Assembly (NCBI GenBank): GCA_963747335.1
Contig: CAVVEV010000012.1
Location: forward strand, 448,067-472,066
Reading direction: 5' to 3'
Origin: an uncultured Actinomycetes bacterium
GTDB lineage: Bacteria > Actinomycetota > Actinomycetes > S36-B12 > CAIYMF01
DNA: 24,000 bases
The notes beneath the pieces are model-generated. The model ran no database searches. It saw nothing but the letters and a program-made list of their open reading frames with translations, and was not told the origin of the DNA. This document shows positions 1 to 7,118 of this stretch, piece by piece; position 1 is the first letter of the stretch, and every line of letters begins with the position of its first letter. A program made the translations under genes and the position numbers.

Positions 1-120
1 GTGCGCCGCAAGGCGGTACAGGCCCTCGGCGGCTGATCCACGTGATCGTGGTGGTCGATTCGGGCGATGCAACCGACTGAACCGACCACCACGACGGCTC
101 GACGCGGGGCCGGGGCGGGC

Positions 121-915
121 TCAGCCCTCGCCTGCGTCGGCTCGCGGGTGGTCCTCGGGGTGGCTGACGCTGCCGTGGCCGAGTTCCCAGAGCCGGATGC
201 CCCCGGAGATGCCGGCCTCGTTGGGAACGATCGTGACATCCGCGCCGAGGTCGAGGGTGAGGCGTTGGGCGTTGCCCCCGCCGACGTAGAGCCGGTCCCA
301 GACGAACATGGGGCGCAGGCCGTCCACAGCCTTGCGGACGCGCCGCGACCAGCGCTTGGCGCCGAGCTCGCGGCGCGCGAGGTCGCCGATCCACTCGTCG
401 TAGATCACGCCCTTGCGGACCGGTGAGCGCGAGAGCTCGATCTTGGGCGCGAGGCTCCCCTCGTCGAACACCGCGCACCCGAGCCCGGTGCCGAGCGTGA
501 AGACCACCTCGAGGCCCTCCCCGGACACGACGGCCGCACCGTGGACCTCGGCGTCGTTGACCACGCGGGTCGGGATCCCCAGGCCCTGCGCGAGCGCGGC
601 CTGGGCATCGAAGTGGTCCCACGCGCGTTCGAGGTCGGGATCCACCGGGGAGTGCGGGCCGCTGGTGGTGATGTAGTGCGGCGTCGTGATGACCCGGCCA
701 TGCCGGATCATCCCCGGGACACCCACGGTGGCGCGATCGGCCGGGGGCAGATCCTCGGCCAGCTGGCACAGGACCTCGACGAACCGCTCGGGCGGCATCG
801 GGTAGGGCGTCGGGATCCGAAGAGGTTCGGCGACCATCGCCCCCTCGTGGTCCAGGACCGAGCCCTTGAGCCCGCTCCCGCCGCAGTCGATGGCCAGTGT
901 GCGCTCGAGTTCCAC
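121..915 (-). CDS. ROK family sugar kinase, polyphosphate-glucokinase-like
   Basis: Last 264 codons of ORF 121..1647(-). N-terminal ATP-binding motif LAIDCGGSGLKG and central VVNDAEVHG...FTLGTGLGCAV fit ROK/PpgK architecture. I chose the GTG at 915 because similarity starts just after it and it leaves 93 bp for divergent promoters. An alternative GTG at 1008 is preceded by GGAGGGGGGG. The rest of the ORF is read-through antisense to cysD. Confidence 0.7.
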   Translation of the reverse strand: MELERTLAIDCGGSGLKGSVLDHEGAMVAEPLRIPTPYPMPPERFVEVLCQLAEDLPPADRATVGVPGMIRHGRVITTPHYITTSGPHSPVDPDLERAWDHFDAQAALAQGLGIPTRVVNDAEVHGAAVVSGEGLEVVFTLGTGLGCAVFDEGSLAPKIELSRSPVRKGVIYDEWIGDLARRELGAKRWSRRVRKAVDGLRPMFVWDRLYVGGGNAQRLTLDLGADVTIVPNEAGISGGIRLWELGHGSVSHPEDHPRADAGEG

Positions 916-1008
916 GCCGCACAGCGTGCCGCATCCGGGGTCGTGCGCGCCGGTTGGCGGGGCCGGCCGGTCGCGGACATCGCGGGCGCGTTGGGCCAGT
1001 ATTGACAC

Positions 1009-1968
1009 ATGGTCCCCCCCTCCATGCCCACCCCGTCGCACCCTGGGGCCCTCTCGGGGCAGCGCTCCGTCGCCGACTCCGTGCTCGACGCGCTGGAGGC
1101 CGAGGCCATCTGGGCGCTGCGCGAGACGGCCGCCGCGTTCCGCAACCCCGTGATGCTCTACAGCATCGGCAAGGACTCCGGGGTGATGCTGCACCTTGCG
1201 GCGAAGGCGTTCGCGCCGGGTCCGATCCCGTTCCCCGTGCTGCACGTGGACACCACGTGGAAGTTCCGCGACATGATCACCTTCCGCGGCCAGATGGTCG
1301 AGCAGTACGGCCTGGACCTGCGCGTGGCCACCAACGAGCAGGCCGCCGCCGAGGGGGTGACGCCCTTCAGCCACGGCGCCCAGGAGTACACCCGGCTGAT
1401 GAAGACCGTGGCCCTGCGGGCAGCTCTCGACGAGGGCGGCTACGACGCGGCGATCGGCGGCTCGCGCCGCGACGAGGAGCGCAGCCGGGCCAAGGAGCGG
1501 ATCTTCAGCCTGCGGATGCCGGGCCACCGGTGGGAGCCACGGCGCCAGCGCCCGGAGCTCTGGCACACGGTCAACGCCCAGCTCTCCCCCGGCCAGACGA
1601 TGCGCACGTTCCCGCTGTCGAACTGGACCGAGATCGACGTCTGGCACTACGTGCGCCGGGAGGGGCTGCCCGTGGTGCCGCTGTACTTCGCCGCGATGCG
1701 TCCGACGGTCATCCGCGGGGGGCAGCTGATCGTCGTCGACGACGACCGGATGCAGCTCGAGCCGGGAGAGGTCCCCGTCGAGCGGCTCGTGCGGTTCCGC
1801 TCCCTGGGGTGCTACCCGCTCAGTGCGGCCGTGGACTCCCCGGCGGCCACCCTCGACGAGGTGATCGCCGAGATGGAGGGGTCCCGGCAGTCCGAGCGGG
1901 CCGGCCGGATGATCGACGGCGAGGGGGGTGCCTCGATGGAGGCCAAGAAGGTCGAGGGGTACTTCTGA
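1009..1968 (+). CDS. cysD: sulfate adenylyltransferase subunit 2 (CysD)
   Basis: 319-aa ORF with the PAPS-reductase-fold motif [23 protein letters not shown] and C-terminal [21 protein letters not shown], typical of CysD. The start could also be the ATG at 1024. Confidence 0.9.
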   Translation: MVPPSMPTPSHPGALSGQRSVADSVLDALEAEAIWALRETAAAFRNPVMLYSIGKDSGVMLHLAAKAFAPGPIPFPVLHVDTTWKFRDMITFRGQMVEQYGLDLRVATNEQAAAEGVTPFSHGAQEYTRLMKTVALRAALDEGGYDAAIGGSRRDEERSRAKERIFSLRMPGHRWEPRRQRPELWHTVNAQLSPGQTMRTFPLSNWTEIDVWHYVRREGLPVVPLYFAAMRPTVIRGGQLIVVDDDRMQLEPGEVPVERLVRFRSLGCYPLSAAVDSPAATLDEVIAEMEGSRQSERAGRMIDGEGGASMEAKKVEGYF

Positions 1969-3821
1969 TGGGACTCATCCGCCTGGTCGCCTGCGGCAGC
2001 GTCGACGACGGCAAGTCCACGCTGATCGGCCGGCTGCTGGCCGACACCGAGTCCGTCCCCGAGGACACCCTTGAACTGGCCCGCACGGTTCGCCGCGCAG
2101 GGTCGACGATCCCGGCGGGTGAGATCGACTACTCGCTGCTCACCGACGGGCTCGAGGCCGAGCGGGAGCAGGGCATCACGATCGACGTGGCCTACCGGCA
2201 CATGGCGCTGCCCGACGGCCGCCGGGTCGTGATCGCCGATGCGCCCGGGCACGAGCAGTACACCCGCAACATGGCCGTGGCCGCTTCGACCGCCGACGTC
2301 GCGCTGCTGCTGGTGGACGCCGCCCGCGGGGTGACCCGCCAGACCTACCGGCACCTGACGATCTGCGCGCTGATGGGCGTGCATCACGTGATCATCGCGG
2401 TGAACAAGCTCGACGCCGTCGGCTTCGACCACGCGCGGTTCTCGGAGCTCGCCGACGCTGTGGCCGGTGCGGCTGCACGCCTGGACTTCTCGCGGGTCAC
2501 GGTCGTGCCCGTCAGTGCCCTGGCGGGTGACAACGTGACGACCGCCTCGGGGCGCACCGAGTGGTACTCCGGCCCGACCGTCATCACTGCGATCGGGGAG
2601 ACCCACGAGCTGGACGCCCCACCGGCCACCGCGGCACGGCCGGTGCGGATCCCGGTGCAGACGGTCGTCCGCGCGGACGGGTTCCGCGGCGTGGCCGGGA
2701 CGCTGGTCACCGGGCAGCTCACCGTCGGGGATGAGGTCTCCGTGGCCGGGGCGGGCGTGACCGGGAAGGTCAGCCGACTGCTCGTGGCCGGCACCGACCG
2801 GGAGCGGGCGACCGCCGGGGATGCGGTGGCCGTCGAGCTCGTTCCCGACCTCGACGTCACCCGGGGCGACCTGCTGGAGTCGGCGACCGGTGACCCGGTG
2901 GTCCCCGCCGACAGGTTCTCCGCCGATGTCGTATGGCTGGGCGAGGAGCCCCTGGCCCACGGCCGGTCCTACCTGCTCGTCTGCGGACCGCTGGTGGTCC
3001 CCGCGGTGGTCACCAGCGTGCGCCACCGCCTCGACGTGACGACCGGCTCCGAGGAGGCGGCCCGGGTGCTGCGCCTCAACGATGTCGGTCGGGTGGAGGT
3101 GGCCACGGACCGGCCCGTCCCGCTCGAGGCCTACCTGCACTCCCGCGACACCGGTGGCTTCGTCCTCGTGGACCGCCTCTCGTCCGACACCGTGGCTGCC
3201 GGCATGGTGCGCTACGCGCTGCGCCGCTCGTCGAACGTGCGCGGCCACGACTTCGTCGTCGACCGGGTGGCGCGGGAACGGCTCAACGGGCACCGCGGCC
3301 GCGCCGTGTGGCTCACTGGCCTGTCCGGCTCAGGCAAGTCCACGATCGCGGACGCGGTCGAGCGCGACCTTCACGCCCAGGGCGTGCGCACGTTCGTCCT
3401 CGACGGGGACAACGTCCGCCACGGCCTGAACAAGGACCTGGGCTTCACGGCTGAGGACCGCGCTGAGAACGTCCGCCGCGTGGCCGAGGTGGCCCGGCTG
3501 ATGGTCGAGTCCGGCACCGTCGTGATCGTCGCGCTGGTGTCACCGTTCCGTGGGGACCGTCGCGCCGCCCGCGACCTGTTCGGTCCCGGGGACTTCGTCG
3601 AGGTGTTCGTCCGCACACCCGTGGAGGTGTGCGCAGCCAGGGATCCCAAGGGCCTGTACGCGAAGGCGGCGTCGGGCGAGCTGCCCAACCTCACGGGCGT
3701 CGGCCAGGACTACGAGGAGCCGCTGGCCCCCGACCTGGTGGTCGCCGGTGACGGACCCTTGGAGCACGCTGTGACGGCAGTCGTCCTGGCTGCCACCCGT
3801 TCGGCATCACAAGGCGGATGA
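1968..3821 (+). CDS. cysNC: bifunctional sulfate adenylyltransferase subunit 1 / adenylylsulfate (APS) kinase (CysN-CysC fusion)
   Basis: The ATG at 1968 overlaps the cysD stop (TGATG). GTPase motifs GSVDDGKST, DAPGHEQY and NKLD are present. The C-terminal APS-kinase domain has P-loop GLSGSGKST, DGDNVRHGLNKDLGF and ARDPKGLYAKA. The 974-aa track ORF from 897 is an artefactual upstream extension. Confidence 0.9.
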   Translation: MGLIRLVACGSVDDGKSTLIGRLLADTESVPEDTLELARTVRRAGSTIPAGEIDYSLLTDGLEAEREQGITIDVAYRHMALPDGRRVVIADAPGHEQYTRNMAVAASTADVALLLVDAARGVTRQTYRHLTICALMGVHHVIIAVNKLDAVGFDHARFSELADAVAGAAARLDFSRVTVVPVSALAGDNVTTASGRTEWYSGPTVITAIGETHELDAPPATAARPVRIPVQTVVRADGFRGVAGTLVTGQLTVGDEVSVAGAGVTGKVSRLLVAGTDRERATAGDAVAVELVPDLDVTRGDLLESATGDPVVPADRFSADVVWLGEEPLAHGRSYLLVCGPLVVPAVVTSVRHRLDVTTGSEEAARVLRLNDVGRVEVATDRPVPLEAYLHSRDTGGFVLVDRLSSDTVAAGMVRYALRRSSNVRGHDFVVDRVARERLNGHRGRAVWLTGLSGSGKSTIADAVERDLHAQGVRTFVLDGDNVRHGLNKDLGFTAEDRAENVRRVAEVARLMVESGTVVIVALVSPFRGDRRAARDLFGPGDFVEVFVRTPVEVCAARDPKGLYAKAASGELPNLTGVGQDYEEPLAPDLVVAGDGPLEHAVTAVVLAATRSASQGG

Positions 3822-3872
3822 ACTCGCCTTGCGGCGCGAAGCCGTCGGCTCCTTGCGGCCGTTCATGTCGGA

Positions 3873-3884
3873 CCGACCGGTCGG
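3873..3884. promoter_or_regulatory. 12-bp perfect palindrome CCGACCGGTCGG in the cysNC-tauE intergenic region (candidate operator or hairpin)
   Basis: Read directly from the sequence. It is flanked by GTCG (3867-3870) and CGAC (3885-3888), which extend the dyad. No binding protein can be assigned. Confidence 0.25.
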
Positions 3885-4101
3885 CGACTGTGGTTCGTCG
3901 GACATCTCGAATCCTCGCGGCACCTTGCGTCGAACAGCCCGCAGTCATAGGACGGCTATCGACGTGAGCGCCCGCGAGGTCCGCCTGGGACGCCGCACAC
4001 CGGGTCGCATACGACGTGAACTGCCGCGACGTTGGGTGCGCCCCACGTAGCGCCACACCGGGAGTCCGGCGCTTCGCCTATTCCCCACCATTCCGATCGG
4101 G

Positions 4102-4107
4102 TATAGT
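4102..4107 (+). promoter_or_regulatory. -10 hexamer TATAGT, 6 nt upstream of the ATG at 4114 (predicts a leaderless mRNA)
   Basis: TATAGT fits the actinobacterial TANNNT -10 consensus. There is no Shine-Dalgarno sequence between it and the ATG. The spacing puts the transcription start at or next to the start codon. Confidence 0.4.
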
Positions 4108-4113
4108 GGTTCC

Positions 4114-5007
4114 ATGCTCCTCACGGTCCTGGTCTTCGGCCTCGTCGGGTCCGCCGCACAGATGGTGGACGGGACCCTCGGGATGGGCTTCGGCGTCACG
4201 TCGGCGACCCTCCTGACACTGCTGGGGTACTCGGCCGTCGCGGCGTCGGCGGGCACCCACGCGGCGAAGATGGGCACCACCTTCGTCTCGGGCGTCAGCC
4301 ACTGGCGCGAGGGCAACGTGGACTGGCGGGTGCTCGTGGTCATGGCCCTGCCGGGGGCCCTCGGTGCCTTCGTCGGCGCGGTCCTCCTGACGACCGTCGC
4401 CTCCAACGCCGCACGCCTGTGGATGGCCTGCATCCTGTTCGTCCTGGGCCTGGTGATCATCGCGCGCTTCGGCTTCGGCCGGAACCTGTTCCCCGAGGTA
4501 CGCGCCCGTACGCGCCACCTCTGGCCAGTTGGGCTGGTGGGGGGTCTCGTCGATGCCACGGGTGGCGGCGGATGGGGTCCGGTGGCCACACCCTCACTGC
4601 TGACCCTGACCCGGCACGAGCCGCATCGTGTGGTCGGGACGGTCAACGCCGCCGAGTTCTTCGTGGCGGTGGCGGCCTCGGCGGGCTTCCTGTTCGGGGC
4701 CGGCGACTCCGGAGTCCCCTGGCTCCCGGTTCTCGGGCTGGTCCTCGGTGGCGCGCTCGTCGCACCGGTCGCCGCCCGGCTCGCGAGGCGGGCACCCACC
4801 GCGATCCTCGGCGTGGGCGTCGGCGGCATGGTGCTGGTCAGCAACACCGCCGTCATCTCCAAGGTCCTCGGGGTACCCGGGGTCGTGGCTGGGACGCTGG
4901 TCCTGGGCCTGATCGTGGCGACCGGCTGGTTGGCTCTGCGGGTGCATCGCGAAGGGATCGTCGCCGCTCGGGCACCCCTCGCCGATCAGCCGGCAACCAT
5001 GCGCTGA
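4114..5007 (+). CDS. TauE/SafE family sulfite/anion exporter (DUF81) membrane protein
   Basis: 297-aa polytopic hydrophobic protein. N-terminal VGSAAQMVDGTLGMGFGV and an internal duplicated half (VDATGGGGWGPV) are typical of TauE/SafE permeases. It lies directly after cysDNC. Confidence 0.8.
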   Translation: MLLTVLVFGLVGSAAQMVDGTLGMGFGVTSATLLTLLGYSAVAASAGTHAAKMGTTFVSGVSHWREGNVDWRVLVVMALPGALGAFVGAVLLTTVASNAARLWMACILFVLGLVIIARFGFGRNLFPEVRARTRHLWPVGLVGGLVDATGGGGWGPVATPSLLTLTRHEPHRVVGTVNAAEFFVAVAASAGFLFGAGDSGVPWLPVLGLVLGGALVAPVAARLARRAPTAILGVGVGGMVLVSNTAVISKVLGVPGVVAGTLVLGLIVATGWLALRVHREGIVAARAPLADQPATMR

Positions 5008-5140
5008 GCCGTTCGGGGTGTGGGTCGCACCCGTGCTACGGCAGCGGCACACCTGCGCCGGGCTGCTCCACCCAGCCGGGCAATCGCGCGGAGGACATGC
5101 CACGATTGGCCGGTCATCACCACCTGCGCAGGAGGAAAGC

Positions 5141-5398
5141 ATGTCCGAGCTCGACGATCGATTCACCGCCGCTGCCGACGCTTCGAAGACCCTGCCGGAG
5201 CGCCCGGACAACGAGACGCTGCTGGCGATGTACGCGCTCTACAAGCAGGCCACGGTCGGCGACGTCGAGGGCAAGCGGCCGGGCTTCACGGATCCGGTCG
5301 GCAAGGCGAAGTACGACGCGTGGGACAAGATCAAGGGGATGGCTGCCGACGACGCCAAGGCCGCGTACGCCGAGCTCGTGGAGGGCCTCGCGGGCTGA
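5141..5398 (+). CDS. acyl-CoA-binding protein (ACBP/DBI family)
   Basis: 85 aa from the internal ATG at 5141, with GGAGGA at 5131-5136. LYALYKQATVGD and KAKYDAWDKIKGM match the ACBP signature. The 5018 start in the track is an upstream extension. Confidence 0.85.
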   Translation: MSELDDRFTAAADASKTLPERPDNETLLAMYALYKQATVGDVEGKRPGFTDPVGKAKYDAWDKIKGMAADDAKAAYAELVEGLAG

Positions 5399-5455
5399 CC
5401 GGCGATTACCGCGGGCCACGACCGTTCGGGTACCCTGTGGGCGTCCGTTGGACGG

Positions 5456-5547
5456 GGAGGCGTCGCCTAGTCAGGTCTATGGCGCCCGCCTGCTAAGCGG
5501 GTTTGGGGTTTAGAGCCCCATCGAGGGTTCAAATCCCTCCGCCTCCG
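5456..5547 (+). tRNA. tRNA-Ser (anticodon GCT), type II with long variable arm
   Basis: Folded by hand. Acceptor GGAGGCG/CGCCTCC, anticodon arm CCCGC-CTGCTAA-GCGGG, variable arm TGGGG...CCCCA, T arm GAGGG-TTCAAAT-CCCTC, discriminator G. The 3' CCA is not encoded (CCG follows). Confidence 0.9.
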
Positions 5548-5560
5548 CCGAACGCACGCA

Positions 5561-5588
5561 GGTGGCTCCGGGTCAGCCCGGGGCCACC
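5561..5588 (+). terminator. GC-rich stem-loop after tRNA-Ser (12-bp stem, loop TCAG)
   Basis: GGTGGCTCCGGG-tcag-CCCGGGGCCACC pairs with one G-U wobble. There is no U tract, so a terminator or processing role is only inferred. Confidence 0.3.
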
Positions 5589-5677
5589 GTCGCGTTCCGG
5601 GGTCGAATCCCGAGCACGGCGGGGATTTCGTCATCGCCATCCGGGTCGGGTAACCTTGGAAAGTCCTCCGGGGCAGT

Positions 5678-5753
5678 GCGCCTGTAGCTCAGCGGATAGA
5701 GCATCTGACTACGGATCAGAAGGCCAGGGGTTCGAATCCCTTCAGGCGCGCCA
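5678..5753 (+). tRNA. tRNA-Arg (anticodon ACG), CCA encoded
   Basis: 76-nt cloverleaf folded by hand. Acceptor GCGCCTG/CAGGCGC, D arm GCTC-AGCGGATA-GAGC, anticodon arm TCTGA-CTACGGA-TCAGA, T arm AGGGG-TTCGAAT-CCCTT, then G-CCA. Confidence 0.9.
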
Positions 5754-5769
5754 ACAACATCGCAGGTCA

Positions 5770-5798
5770 GGGCCGGTTCTCCTGTGGGAGATCGGCCC
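5770..5798 (+). terminator. stem-loop after tRNA-Arg
   Basis: GGGCCG..TCTCC-tgtg-GGAGA.CGGCCC gives about 11 bp with a bulge, followed by TCTCCC. There is no clear U tract. Confidence 0.3.
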
Positions 5799-5982
5799 TC
5801 TCCCGTCGGACGCACTGCTCGTTGGATCGGCGCTCCGGCGCCCACGGCGGGCCCCCGGTGTCGAGAGCATCCCTGCACGGTGGCAGGCGGGAGCATCGCC
5901 TGGGGCGTCGCGTCCGCGGGTTTGTGGCTATCTTGGGGTCGGGATGCCGGCGCTGTCGGGGTGCTGCCCCAGGGAGGACGCT

Positions 5983-7074
5983 GTGGCCCCATCCACCGTC
6001 GGCGACGTGGACCTGCTCGAGTCGCGCAGGGACTACGTCGAGGCGCTTGGGCGCGGGGATCGGCGGCGAGCCACTGAGGTCGCCTTCGACCTTCTCTACC
6101 GCGGGGTCCCTGCCGACGCTGTGCTCACCGAGCTCGTGGGTGCTGGTCAGGTTGAGGTCGGCCTGGCGTGGCAGGACGGCCGGTGGGACGTCGCCCAGGA
6201 GCATCGAGCCTCTGCGGTGGCTGAGGGCGTCCTCCAGGCGGTGGCCCAGCACGCCCTGCCCACCGCGCTCCGCTCGGAGATGGGTGACCGGGGTCGGGTG
6301 GCGGTGGCGTGCGCGGAGGGGGAGTGGCACGTGATTCCCGGACGGCTGGTCAGTGAGGTCCTCCGGCTGCGTGGCTTCGACGTGAGCTTCGTGGGGCCCT
6401 CGGTCCCGGCTGACGAGCTGACCCGGTTCCTGGGTTCGGAGTCCCCTGGCGTCGTCGCGGTGTCGTGCTCGATGCCGAGCTCGCTCATTGGCGCCTGGCG
6501 CACCATCACCGCGCTTCGCGCGGCCGGGAAGGTCATCGTCTGCGGGGGTCGTGGCTTCGGGCCCGACGGCGTGTGGGGCGTTGCGCTGGGGGCGGACATG
6601 GGGGCCGAGGACATGGACACCGGCATAGCCCTGCTCGACGCCGCGATCGCGGGGGCGGCCGGTGCGCCTCGCCCCGACGCCGTGAGGCGGGACGTGGCCA
6701 CCGAGATAGACCTTGCCACCCGGGAGTTCACCCGCGTGGTGGGGGCGGCCACACAATTGGCCGTCGTGCGCGGGGCTCACCTCGTCGGCGGCGAGATCAC
6801 GTCGGGCGAGGCTCGGGGGATGCTGGCGTTCACGTTGCGGACGGTCATCGCTGCGACCCTGGTCGGTGACGACAGGATCGTCACCGACCACGTCGGCTGG
6901 GCTGAGTCCGTCCTTGCGGGCCGCTCAAGGCCGATCAGCCTGGTGGCCGAGGCGCTCAACCTGCTGGTGACCGCGCTTCCCGCTGACCTTCCTCGGATCT
7001 CGGCAACCGCGCAGTCCGGCATGGCGGCCTGCAGCCCGTCACCGCCCGCCGTCCGGCCCGCACGTCGTCCCTGA
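5983..7074 (+). CDS. cobalamin (B12)-binding domain protein, CarH-like sensor module with an uncharacterised C-terminal domain and no DNA-binding domain
   Basis: GTG at 5983 is preceded by GGGAGGA (5972-5978); an alternative ATG lies at 5944. The helical cap has Wx9EH (WQDGRWDVAQEH, nt 6169-6204). The Rossmann part has EWHVIPG (His at 6328-6330), SCSMPSSL and VCGGRG. The track ORF from 5503 runs through both tRNAs and cannot be coding there. Confidence 0.7.
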   Translation: MAPSTVGDVDLLESRRDYVEALGRGDRRRATEVAFDLLYRGVPADAVLTELVGAGQVEVGLAWQDGRWDVAQEHRASAVAEGVLQAVAQHALPTALRSEMGDRGRVAVACAEGEWHVIPGRLVSEVLRLRGFDVSFVGPSVPADELTRFLGSESPGVVAVSCSMPSSLIGAWRTITALRAAGKVIVCGGRGFGPDGVWGVALGADMGAEDMDTGIALLDAAIAGAAGAPRPDAVRRDVATEIDLATREFTRVVGAATQLAVVRGAHLVGGEITSGEARGMLAFTLRTVIAATLVGDDRIVTDHVGWAESVLAGRSRPISLVAEALNLLVTALPADLPRISATAQSGMAACSPSPPAVRPARRP

Positions 7075-7078
7075 CGCC

Positions 7079-7099
7079 CCTGGAGACCACCGGTCCAGG
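7079..7099. terminator. hairpin between convergent genes (possible bidirectional terminator)
   Basis: CCTGGAGACC-acc-GGTCCAGG lies in the 44-bp gap between the stop at 7074 (+) and the stop at 7119 (-). Confidence 0.3.
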
Positions 7100-7118
7100 C
7101 GCCCGCGAAATCCCGGCG

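Noticed and set aside
1-36. Possible 3' end of a plus-strand CDS entering from the left (VRRKAVQALGG, stop TGA at 34-36)
   Set aside because: With only 11 codons visible, no function or reading frame can be supported.
1002-1007. Consensus TTGACA immediately upstream of the cysD ATG
   Set aside because: It ends 1 nt before the ATG at 1009, so it cannot serve as a -35 for that start. No -10 follows at the right spacing for the alternative ATG at 1024. It is left unassigned.
897-1967. N-terminal 357 codons of the 974-aa ORF 897..3821
   Set aside because: This part overlaps cysD in another frame and is Arg/Pro/Gly-rich with no domain. CysN similarity begins exactly at the ATG at 1968 ([18 protein letters not shown]), which overlaps the cysD stop.
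3829-4050. 73-aa ORF in the cysNC-tauE intergenic region
   Set aside because: It is Arg-rich and low-complexity, with no RBS and no visible codon bias typical of the neighbouring genes. The region is more likely regulatory or non-coding.
4419-5513. 364-aa plus-strand ORF overlapping the TauE-like and ACBP genes
   Set aside because: It is an alternative frame of two well-supported genes. The sequence is Arg/Gly/Pro-rich with no motifs and runs into tRNA-Ser.
5597-5614. tRNA T-arm-like fragment CCGGGGTCGAATCCCGAG between the two tRNA genes, possibly a relic att site of an integrated element
   Set aside because: No cloverleaf can be built around it: no matching acceptor or anticodon arms. It differs from the TTCGAAT loop by a deletion. 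I found no integrase or second copy of a tRNA 3' end in the window. It is most likely chance similarity or a very old relic.
5503-5982. Upstream extension of the B12-binding-protein ORF
   Set aside because: The frame reads straight through tRNA-Ser and tRNA-Arg and their hairpins. A GTG with a GGGAGGA RBS at 5983 (or the ATG at 5944) is a much better start.
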